From Psammoneis japonica (taxonomy: Eukaryota): a stretch of 51,858 bases of DNA. The notes under the pieces are model-generated. The model saw nothing but the letters and a program-made list of their open reading frames with translations, was not told the DNA's origin and did no database searches. The position numbers were made by a program, and so were the translations under genes. The stretch is from assembly GCA_008632985.1 (NCBI GenBank), contig QPGO01000340.1:1-51858 (forward strand), read 5' to 3'. Numbering within the stretch: the first letter of the stretch is position 1; the number at the start of each line of letters is the position of its first letter. Shown here piece after piece: positions 12,327 to 23,200 of the stretch.

Positions 12327-14306
12327 TCATCCATGGCACAAGCCCTCTTTTTGGACTCCTTTTTTTTGCTCCTTCCTTTGCAATCTCACACTCAATGATG
12401 CTCCTGCCATTGCAAGTCCAGGAGCTGCCTTGCACCAATCAGCAAGGTGAGCAAGCGGCTCTTTGAAACATTCCTTCCTGCTTGGTCTGGCAGGGAAGTG
12501 AACTTCAACCATGTGTTTGTCTTCAGTGACAGCCTTCACCAACTCGGAGCATCGTTGCGGCTTGAAAGGCTTGCACCACTGGTCCGGCGGACAAGTGGTG
12601 CCTCTGCATTCACCATCAGAGGCAATCTGCAATGCATGGTTGTGCCACCAACCTACAATGATGTCAAACAAGGCCTCGGATGGCAGTTTGTCATTGGGGT
12701 TGAATGGCCCAAATGAGAAAATCCCAAGGCAGCCACTCGCGCAACTCATGAGCACTTTGCATGGCACGTTGGTGGGAAGTTCGGGAATGCAGGGATCTTC
12801 CTGCATGTCATCATCCAACTGTTCAAGCTTCTCCCTTTTGCAATGCTCGTCATGAAAAACACAATCGTCACTGTGATCCACAATGGGCTTCTTCAACTTC
12901 TCACAGCTGGTGCGTGGTTTTTGACGCAGCTTTTTGTCCACCTGCTTCCTCTGAGCGATTTTGTTTGGAACAGAGCAATGGTTGCAGATTGAACCCCAGT
13001 GCTGTTTTGCAGATAGAACGGGATGTCTTGTTTCACATTTGAACTTGACATCCAACCCCTTCAAAGCCAACATTTCAAAATTGTTCTTCACCCCCTTTGG
13101 AGACTCAACTCGCCACCAACTTTGAAACATGACCTCGCCAAAAGGCAGCCACGCATGCGTCTTTAAATCTTTGGTCGACTTTTCATCATCGTGCGTTTCT
13201 AGGTTTTGAATGTTGACCAAAGATGCCAAGTGGAGTCGGCGCTTGGCAATGCATGAATGACCAGCAATGCATCCTCCTTCAACAAGCGGTTCCTCCCAAT
13301 GGTCTTCATCCTTGCGGATCTCTGTTGCAACGTTCTGACACTCGGCACTGGAATGAGGCAATGCCAAAACAATTGCAGAGCTCATTGGAGTAATCCTCTC
13401 CTTTGCACACAGGGCAACAGTGTTGCCTCGATCATTCATCATGAGATCATCCCAGCCCCAGTGCTTGCGGACATCTGCCAGATCAGAACGATCACTCATG
13501 GTGTCCGTGATGTCCTCAAAACCCATCACTCCCATGCAATGAGACTTCAAAGTCTTCTGACAATGAAGATGTGCACCCATCTTCTTGACAACACCATGGC
13601 AAATGGCTTGGGCAAGTCCAATCAAAAAAGGACATGCACCTCGACTCGACGGCATGATCGATTCGCCCGTCCCAACTGACACAACTGGAGACTCTGTCAC
13701 ATGGACACAATCAACAAGCAGGCCAATGTTTGTCTTGACAGGGTGCATCAAAACAGCAGCAATGCTTTGCTTGTCCTTCATGGCGTCCCTCATCGACATT
13801 CCTGATGGCACCACAACCAACATCAAGAGGTGCTGGCTCTTGTCCTTGATGCATTGGTTTAGTTGCGGTCGATTCTCAGAGTTAAATTTTTCACAAAACC
13901 AATCGACAACAGTGTTGCGGAATGTGTTCCGTGTTTTGGCACTGTTGAACCCATCCAAGCCATTCTTGTGATGAAGAACATGAAAGAGAGGGCTCGTCTT
14001 CTTTGTTCCATGATCTTCTGTGGTCAAGATGCTCAAATCTACAAGACCTTGAGGGCACTCAAGGGGATCAACCACATCTTGGAGAGGCACAGTGTGCCAA
14101 GTTTTGGCTTTGCCCTGCGGTGGGTGATGTTCCGCGAGTGCCTCGACGCAACGCTGGATGCAAAAGGAAACCTTCAACGTGCTGGAAGAGTCACCGTTTG
14201 CTTGAGGGGAACTGCCACCAACGGGACGCTGCTGGGAGGCTACTTTGGCCAACGTGTCTATGATGAATGCACTGCTTCTGCACTCCTGTTTGTACGACAA
14301 ATGCAC
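12327..14306 (-). pseudogene. Hypermutated 659-codon ORF of unknown origin with a possible GNAT-like segment
   Basis: Only 1 Tyr in 659 aa, with excess Cys/His. Segment LLVDCVHV..SRGACPFLIGLAQA..HLHCQKTLKSHCMGVMGFEDI resembles GNAT motifs A/B once C/H are read as Y. True start and end are uncertain. Confidence 0.4.
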
Positions 14307-14535
14307 TCCAGAGAGGGGGCCAACGTCAGTTGCCGCGAAAGTGGTGCGGATGAACAGAGGCAGCCTCTAAGGCAGTTCCAGATGCTGAAAAGTGTCAAAC
14401 AGCAAGCTGCACTCCCGCTTGTATGACAAATGCACTCCAGAGAGGGGGCCAATGTCAGTCACCATGAAAGTGATGCGGATGAACAGAGGCAGCCTCTGAG
14501 GCAGTTCCAGATGCTGAAAAGTGCAAACAGCAAGC
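14279..14535. repeat. Tandem duplication, unit about 129 bp
   Basis: GACAAATGCACTCCAGAGAGGGGGCCAA..GCGGATGAACAGAGGCAGCCTCT..GGCAGTTCCAGATGCTGAAAAGTG..AAACAGCAAGC occurs twice. Variants include cagtTGcc/cagtCAcc and cctcTAagg/cctcTGagg. Confidence 0.9.
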
Positions 14536-16578
14536 GTCACAGTGAAAACAAACCAAGACAAGTTTGTTCCAGTAGAAACTGTCACTCGGAGAACGCTCGG
14601 GCGAATGCTTGAGTTTTGTAGAAATTCCGAAGGCCCTGGTGCAAAACAACCATAAAACAACACGTGAGAAGCAACCAGAAAAACACACGCGCATGGTGAT
14701 GTGCAAAAAAAAAACACGACAGAACGACTTGCCGAATTCGAAACGAGAGAATGCAAAGAGATGGTGTTGTCCGCAATGACAGCAACTCTTTAGAGCCGCG
14801 ATCGCATTGCAACAACAATGATGTGACTTTGAAATGAAAGGAACAGATGGTTCCATGCAACCGCAAGGGCAAAGAGGGGGTTGTGGAGCGGTGACAGCGG
14901 TGTGCTGCATTGTGGCTGGTGTGTGTTGGGTGGACGGCACGTGTTTGTAGAAGTCAGCATTGTTCTGCGCATTGCCAGAAAAACATTAAATGCCAACTGA
15001 CACGATTCTTCCTGTGACGCATCATGCACCTTAGTTGTTGTGCATGAGCATTGACATCACAAACATGTTGCGTCATCAAAACAATCAATGTTTGCACAAA
15101 GCCAAAAAGTGCGAGCTCTGCCGGGTGGAGACAAAAATGTCTTGTGCTGAAAACTGGGTAGAAAATCTAGCGTGATGAAAAGCAGAGCACCTGGAGCTGG
15201 AACAGGCCTGTGAAAAGCAGGATCTGCCACCCAACAATGAAGCCCACACTGGCACCCACCCTTCATCATGCCATTGCAACTGCTGTCCTTGCTCGCGCCA
15301 TTGCAGCCTCCTGCATCACCAACATGACAGCACTGGTGGCCTTTTTCTTTCTTCTCTGGACAGGTGCTGAGTGTGCCAGTGCCCCACATGGTGCTGCCCC
15401 ACTGTGCTTGTGCAATGTGCGGCTGTTTGCAGGTCTGGCCCACCATGACCTCACTGCCACCCCGGCACAGTCCTGTGGGGCTCCACCACACTTGAGTTCA
15501 CTGCTCAGAAGAATGGCATTGATGGTCAAAGTTGTTGGCTTGTCCTGAAGTGGAGACCCCCACTTCTGCCCCCTGCTCTCTGTGGTCTGCTGTGTCAATC
15601 ATCCTCAGCAACATGGTGCTCCTCCCACTGCACTGCTGGTGTTCCACTGCTGCCTGCAGCAATGCCCTCAAGCTGGCAAAACCTTCCCATGCGCACATTG
15701 CCCGCATGCTCCGCTTGGCCATCACCATCCTCAGGCCCGCCTGCCTGTGGTTTTCTGCCCAAAGACATCTTTGCTTGGCTCTCCTGGTGATTGGGTCTGG
15801 AGCTTGAGCTCCACAAATGAACCTCTGCCACCACGTGCACCAACCAGAGTTTTTCCTTCAAGAGCTCGGCCGCCCACAAGAGATCCTCTCCTTGTGTGCT
15901 TGGCCAGCCACACCTTGGCTCTGCTGCCTTAAAAAACCACAGATGCAGTCTTTAGAGAGCTGGCCAGCCAGCAGACAGCTGCCACTCTAGCCAGCAGCCA
16001 GTCTCTGGCAGCACACAGCTGGTCTAGCAACAGCTGCGACAAGGTCTTTGGTCTCATGATGAATGTGGCATTGTGGGCCGCTTGTCCTGAAATTTGAATT
16101 TTTCAGTGCACGAACTTGCGCGGCCAAGAACACAATGGCCAGAACAGAAATGGAAGATGGAGGATCAGAGCATTGCCATGCCTCAACAAGAACAAGAAAG
16201 CACTTTGCAAAGCACAAAAGACCCCCTTTTGATGCATCTGGAATTAATTTGGTCAAAACGAACAGCCATGTTGAGAACAACGACGAAAGCCAATGACTTG
16301 TGGATGGATTGCCGTCATGGCTCCGGTCGGTTCTGCTCAAGTTGCTGCACTTCCTTGAGGTGCTGGGACAAAGCGCTTGGGGACGATGTGGTGCCATTTG
16401 TTGCAATTTGCATGGTCTCAGTCGAAATGATGCCTGCCCATTCGCCAAGGTGCTGGCACCATGATCTTGATGCTCTTGTCACTGCCAATTGTGCATGTGC
16501 TCAGCTGCACATGCTTGGATCCTTGCAGCATCCTTTTCAACTGTGCTGTTTGCCAGTTCTGGGATTCTTGATGGATGC

Positions 16579-16816
16579 TGTTGGAAATGGTGAATTAAAA
16601 GTTCAATCACCGAAATTAGATGGCGCAAAGAAGATGCATGCGTCAGCACTCATGTGCTCCACGTGAAGCACTAAAACTGCCGATGGAAGCAGTCATCATT
16701 CTCTTTTGACTCTCAGAAAGCATTGTGATAACAAGCTTGTCTATTTTGCCCTCAGGATCAGACCTCAGAGGACTGAGGTGGCTCTGGAACAGTCGCCAGA
16801 AGGATAAATTACAACA
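16579..16816 (+). repeat. Probable 5' LTR of the adjacent copia element
   Basis: Starts TGTTG (16579) and ends CAACA (16812-16816), the typical LTR terminal inverted repeat, about 100 bp upstream of the gag ATG. No second copy in the window to confirm. Confidence 0.5.
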
Positions 16817-19800
16817 GTTAAAAGAGAACAACCCAGCTGAGAGCTGTGAAAAGAAAGCAAGAAAGAAAAGAGTCATTCTCATGGTGTGTGGGATGTTTTG
16901 CTGCTTTGCCTTTTTATCATGAGTGGAAGAGGCAGAGGCAGAAATGGCAACAGAAGCCAAGGAAGAGGACCCTCAGGAAGGGGGAACAAGAGTGGCAAGC
17001 AAAGTCACAAGGGCATCAATGATTGTGTCCACCATGTTGGGAGTGCCAAGCAAGCATCTGATTTTCAGATTGCAACTGAGTTTGTCATCAACTACATTGA
17101 GAAGACTCATGAGTTTGGAAATGACATTGCAACTGCACTCAACACTTACACTCCATGTGACATGAGTTCCAAGAAGCCGACTTTGCAGGTCAGCTCAACT
17201 GGAGATGACAAGGTGGACGTGCCATTGAACAAACAATGTGAAATTGAGTTCAAGACAGAATTTGATGCTCACATTAAGAGGACCCAGACTTGCAAGAACA
17301 ACCTCATAAAGGCTCATGATTTGCTCTGGGAGAGATGCTCCAAGGCCATGAAGAACAAGATTCAAGCAAGAACTGAGCTCCAAACCAATGTTGAAAACAA
17401 TCCCATCAAATCACTCAAGGCCATTAAGGAGCATGCATTGAACCATCCAGAGCACAGGTGTGGTGTGGCTGTTGTCTCAGATTCAATGAAGCTGTGCTGG
17501 AAACCAAGCAGAAGGAGAAGGAGAGTCTCCAAGATTACACCAAGAGATTTAGGGTTGTAAGAGACATCATGAAGTCTCACATTGGAGGACCAATTGTCCT
17601 CACCAAGGCAGTGGAAGGCATGTCAGATTATGACAAGCACAATGCAGATGCCATCAAGAAGTGTCAAGACAAGGCATTCAGCCAATTGATGGGTTGCATG
17701 TGCTTGGAGAATGCGGACCAGTGCAAGCATGGATCAATTCTGACAGGATTGAACACTCAGCAATCCCTCAAGAACAACCAATGTCCCAAGTCTGTTGTGG
17801 AAGCCAACACAGTGTTGAGCAACCACACTTTTGACTGCATCAGTCAGCCTGACAACAACCACAACAGGAACAATCAAAACAACAACTCGGGCTCCAAGAA
17901 ACAAGAAGAAAACCAAGAAATCATGCTGTCCTTTGCTCAGTTAGAAGGCAAGTGTCATTGCTGTGGCAAGGCCGGACACAACTCCAACAAGTGCTGGGAA
18001 AGGCCATGAAAACCTCAAGCAGAATGGGTCATCAACAAGGCCAAAGCCAAGCAAGAAGCAAGCAAAGCTCAAGCAAGTGATGATGCCAGCACAGCCAACT
18101 CTTCTGCCAAAGAATCCACTGGAACTAAATCTGCTGTTTCAGGATGGCCTGGCACGCACATCGACGTGTCTCTCCACCAGGATCAATCCAGCAGCATGAG
18201 AGACTGATTTTATTGGACAACCAGTCCACAACCACGATCTTCTGCAATGAGAAGCTTGTCACAGACATCCGTCCGTCGGATGAAGTCATGCGTTTGCACA
18301 CCAATGGCGGGGTCTTAATCACAACACACAAGGCCATGGTGCCAGGGTTTGGTGAGACTTGGTTCAACCCAGATGCAATCACCAACATTTTTGCTTGCTC
18401 TCCAACATGAAGAAGAAGCACAGGATCACGAGTGATTCTTCACAAGACAATGCATTCACCATTCATCTGCCTGACAAGAAGGTCAGGTTCGAGGAGGATG
18501 GAAAAGGGCTGCATGTCCACAAGCCCAAGATAAATGACAATGGAGCCCAGCTCCAATTTGTGCAGAGTGTGGAAGAGAACAAGCATTTCTGCACTCCACG
18601 ACAGTTTGAGAAGGCCAAGAGGGCCAGGGAATTGTTGCGCGCACTGGGAAACTGAACTGCAAATGATTTGAAGGCCACAATTCACATGAACAGCATCAAG
18701 AACAATCCCGTTGCTGCGGAGGATGTAGATTTGGCCAAGAAGACTTTTGGACCAGACATTGGAAGTCTGAAAGGCAAGGTCACAAGGCAGAAGCTGGAGC
18801 CAGTTGTAGAAGACTGCGTGGAGATCCCGAAGGAGCTCATTGCAGCACAGCACAAGGTCACTCTTTGCCTGGATGGACTCAAGGTGAATGGATTGCCATT
18901 CCTCACCACAGTGTCACAAAATGTTTTCTGTCGCACTGTGCAACTGCTCAAGGATTTGGAAGAAGCTCTGGAAGATGTGCTGCAAGTCTGCAACAAGGCT
19001 GATTTGAAGGTCACATGCATTCATTGCAACAACGAATTCAGGCCCATTGGGAATGCACTGGAAGACAAGTTTGATCTCAAGATGAACTGTGCAAATGCTC
19101 AGGAGCATGTCCCAGAAGCCGAAAGGAACAACTGCATCATTCAAGAATGCACCAGGGCAGTCCATCATCAGCTGCCATTCAAGCATCCACCAAAACTCAT
19201 GGTCAAAGTCATGGTCACCAAAGCTGCCAAGAAGCTCAATTATTTTCCAGCCAAGCACGGTGTTTCCAAACATTGCAGTCAGAGAATGATTCTTCATCAA
19301 AAGAATCTAGACTGTTGCAAGAGCTGCAAGATCATGTTCGGCACTTGTGTGTGGGCTCACAATGACCCAGACCCCAAGAACACCCAAGAGTCATGGACCT
19401 TGGATTGCATTTATTTGTGCCCCACCGACAGCAACCAGATTGGACATGAGTTGCTGCGCTTGCAAACTGGCAAGAAGATCACCCGTCGCAAGGTCACCCC
19501 TGTGCCCATCACTCCGCCATCACAAAGCAGGTTCATCATTTGGCTGAAATGAACAAGATGCCCAATGGTCTCAAGATTCAGAACCACACTGGAACTGTTT
19601 TGTACGACAGTGCTTGGCTTGCAGGAGTGGATCATGATGAAGATAAATTTGAAGATGAGGGCTGCGATCTAGAAGAAGACATTGAAACAGAAGATGACAA
19701 GGAAGAAGAGCCAGACTGGGGAGACTGTGACAGAGTTAGTCAAGAGCTGCAAGACATGATCCAAGAACAAGAATTGGATGAAGAAGCCAGCCACATCAGT

Positions 19801-19860
19801 GAAGAACAAGACAAGACTCAAGAAGAAACCCACAATGATGAGCAACTCAGAGACAATGAT
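16579..19860 (+). mobile_element. Degenerate, 3'-truncated Ty1/copia (CoDi-like) LTR retrotransposon: gag-protease-integrase present, RT/RNase H missing
   Basis: Gag from ATG 16919 (MSGRGRGR), zinc knuckle KCHCCGKAGHNSNKC (about 17950-17995), protease ILLDNQST (about 18206-18230), integrase IHCNNEF and AQEHVPEAERNN. Several frameshifts and stops; systematic Tyr->His/Cys. Confidence 0.88.
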
Positions 19861-20218
19861 GCTTGTGACTTTGACAATGCACGTTGCTGGGAGCATTGCA
19901 TCGCGCTGCGTGCATCAGAGGCAGCTGCTTCCCGACCATGACGAATCTCAACTGGAGGAAGAGGGTCGTGATCAGGATGTGCGACGCGAGTTCCATCCTG
20001 CAAAAATCGAGGATCCTGAATGTTCTATTGTGGCTTTGCCTGAAACACATTCAGGGGAGGAGTTAAACCATACGTGCGTAAAGATAGAAGCCTAAAATTT
20101 ACATTGTTGCTTCTGCTGTATGGGTGCAGGTGCTGCAGGCCATCTGCTGGCTAGTTGGCCTCCTGCAACAAAACTAAACGCACGCGTTGGATTCAATGCT
20201 GCATGCATCACACATTTT

Positions 20219-23200
20219 TTACCTTCTCCCCCCTTTGCCTCTCTTTCGTCTGCCTCCCCCTCTGCCTGCCTGTCTCCTCCTGGCTCTGTTCGGCTGCTGC
20301 GCAGGCTGTTCTCGGGGAAACCTTTGTGGCGGCATCTGACGAGGAGGCCTGTTGTCAAAACTGTCGCTGCTGCTGTCGGAGGCGGTGGAGCTATCACTTC
20401 CCTGGTTGTCACCAACACGACCCACAAGATCTGGCATGTCGCTGGAGTCATTGTCTGAAGAGTCGTCATGCTGGGCCAAATCGGGCGGCATGCTAGAATC
20501 GTCACTGCTGCTCGGTCCATTGTCAACCAGCCCTGGCACACTTTCATTGTCACTGTTGTTGCCTTGCTGGGCTTGACCACCACGGTTGGGGAGCAAATCT
20601 GGTATGTCATCGGAACCATCAGAGCTGCTGCTGCTGTTATCATTTTCAGGACGGAAACGGGCGCTAAAGTGATTCAGAGGAGCTGGCTCACTGTCATCCT
20701 CAGAAATGCTTGAATCAGACGAGGAAGGATAATCCTGTGCTCCACTGTTTCTTGCACGGGGCTCAAGAGGAGGCATGCTGTCATTATCGTCATCATCAGA
20801 CTCGAGAGTTAGATTCTCGGCTCTGATTGCAACATTGCTGTTTCCTCCATCAATCCTCACTGCATAGCGTCCATTATCAAGACGTTTTTGAACTTTTCCA
20901 TGCTTTCCATTGTGATGGGATGCTCTCACCAAGCCATGAATGATGACTCTGTTGTTTTGGTCAAACTCCCTTTCAACATTGGGAGGAGCTGGAGCTGGAG
21001 CGAGGCTCTCATCGAAAAGACGAAGAATCTGCGGTGAGTCCATGCCGACTTCCGTACGAATGATGTCTGCTCCAAACTTCTCAAAGCAAAGTGGCCCAAA
21101 CTGTGAACCTGCATATTCTGGATCGTGGAGCAGATGGAGCATGAGAATCGTAATTGACGGAGTGCCATCAGAGGACCTCCGCAAGCGCTTTATGGGAGCA
21201 TCATTCTGGCGTGCATTCCATGCAGTTCGAAAATCTCCAAAATTCTGAGTTGCCGCATCCACGGAGTTCAGAGCACGATTAGTAACTTCTTCTGCAAACT
21301 TGAGATTCCACGTCTCGGATTTCAACGCTATCTGTGCAGCCGATACAAGAAGTTCTCGACGTTCCAGCTCATTGATAAGAAGATGACATCCTTGACTGTC
21401 GCTGAACAGGTCTCGTATGTTGGTGGAAAGCATGTCACCATCGGAAAAGTCATTCAAGTACCTAAACACAAAATCAATGGCATGGTTCACGTTCTGTCGA
21501 GACGTGTACCAAGTGACAACCCCCAATCGGTCGTCTTGATATCTTTCTTCCAGATCTCCAATGATGTCTTCCCTGAACTCGTCTCGGTCGAAGCTGTGCA
21601 GTTCTTCCGCACCGCCCCCAGCATTTCTCACAGCAAAAAGAACAATGCCACGGCCGAACGCTTCCATGCACCTATTGGCGTTGTTTCTCGAAGCCGCTTG
21701 TGCTTGCGGCTGCTCAAACAGGGTAATCAGAAGATTCGTCTCAGAACTGCTAAACCTCTCTCGAGCAAGTCTCTGCCTTTGAGACACGCTGATGTCACAT
21801 GGATCCAGCCAGAGGTTTACGAGACGCAACACAGCATCTTGAGGGAAGCAGTCAGGTCCGGCTAGTTTGATTTTTGCAATGGCGCCTTCGCTTGCTTCTA
21901 CCGCACACCCTAAGTCTTTTCCGGCAAGGAAGAGCCGAAGCGCATCAAGGTATTCTTGTCGTTCCAGGTAGACGTCGCCCACGATGCTCGGCAGCTTTGT
22001 CTCCATCGCCCGCAATTCTTCCGGCGTGCTCTTCTGCGCAATCTCCTTCAGCACAGGTTTCTCCCGGTACGACAAAAACAGGTCACTTGTCGAATGGTCA
22101 ATGAGGTCTGTTGGGTATATGGAATGCCAAGCTCCCCGAACAATGGCAAACTTGACTGTTTTGGCTCGTGGGAGATAGTTGGGTTCCTGTTTCAAAGCCC
22201 GGTCAAGCATCGCATCATCCTTTTCGTCCCATGGAGGAATGCCAGCTAGGTCGTTCATCGAGTCAAGACATCCTCTATAGTCCGACATCTCGTAAAACAA
22301 CTTCGCAGACGTTCTGAAAAAGGTCTTGGCATCCTGTTTTCCTCCTGTTGAAAGATGATAGTGTGCCCGTGCTCTACTTGACCAACCAAAGCTACCCGCA
22401 GCGTTGAAGCATCCAACAGCTACGGAAAATTTCTCCTCATCGAAAAGCTCCATACCTCTGCTGAACCACATCTCGGGAGTCGTGACCTTGTCAAACTCAA
22501 CTAGAATGGCTTTTGGATCTCGAACCTCTTCAATATTGCAATCAAGACGATTTAAGAAGAACTCAAACATCGACTTGTTTCTCTTGCTTGTCAATATAAC
22601 CACTCTTTGTCGCCCGCGAGTGGTAGCAACATATAGTTCTCGGAGCATGCAGAGACTGAGAAAGCATTCTGAACGAGGATTCCATGCTTTGTGAGGATAA
22701 TCAAAGGCGTGAATCACGACATCGTCAAATTCAAGTCCTTTCGACTCTAATGCCGATAGTATGAAAGGGTGCTTTCTTGTCCACCGCGATAAGGAATCTT
22801 CAATGTTTGTAACATCCTTTTCAGGAGTCGCGTAGATTACGGCTTGTCTCACTCCAAGTGATACTCTCTCTTTGACGGCCTTATCCCAGTCGAGAAGAGC
22901 TACTCGAAAGCCCAAGTCCTTCTCTGCAGATTCGGGAGGCTGCAGTACGAGAGAGAAGAGGATGTCGCAGATGAGCTCACAGCCACTGCGGTGCTGAACC
23001 ATCAAGTACGACAACAACTTACGGCATATTCAATAGCGTGCGGAAAGTGACACTTCAATTCTTTCAAAATAGCGTTGCCTACGTCGAGAACCCCCTTACT
23101 CAGCCGGTAGTTCCTTGTCAATTGTTCAACCTTGCGAAGTTCCACGTTTTCGTTGAGAGCCCTCATCGTCTGTTTCATGCCGTCGAAAGTGAAGCTACAG

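Larger units (their letters stand above)
9780..16578. mobile_element. Block of decayed, TA-depleted repeat/TE-derived DNA of unassigned families
   Basis: TA is nearly absent and TG/CA is in strong excess. Contains internal duplications (11259-11343 vs 11597-11680; about 12015-12070 vs 12236-12297) and many Cys/His-rich spurious ORFs. Confidence 0.65.
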
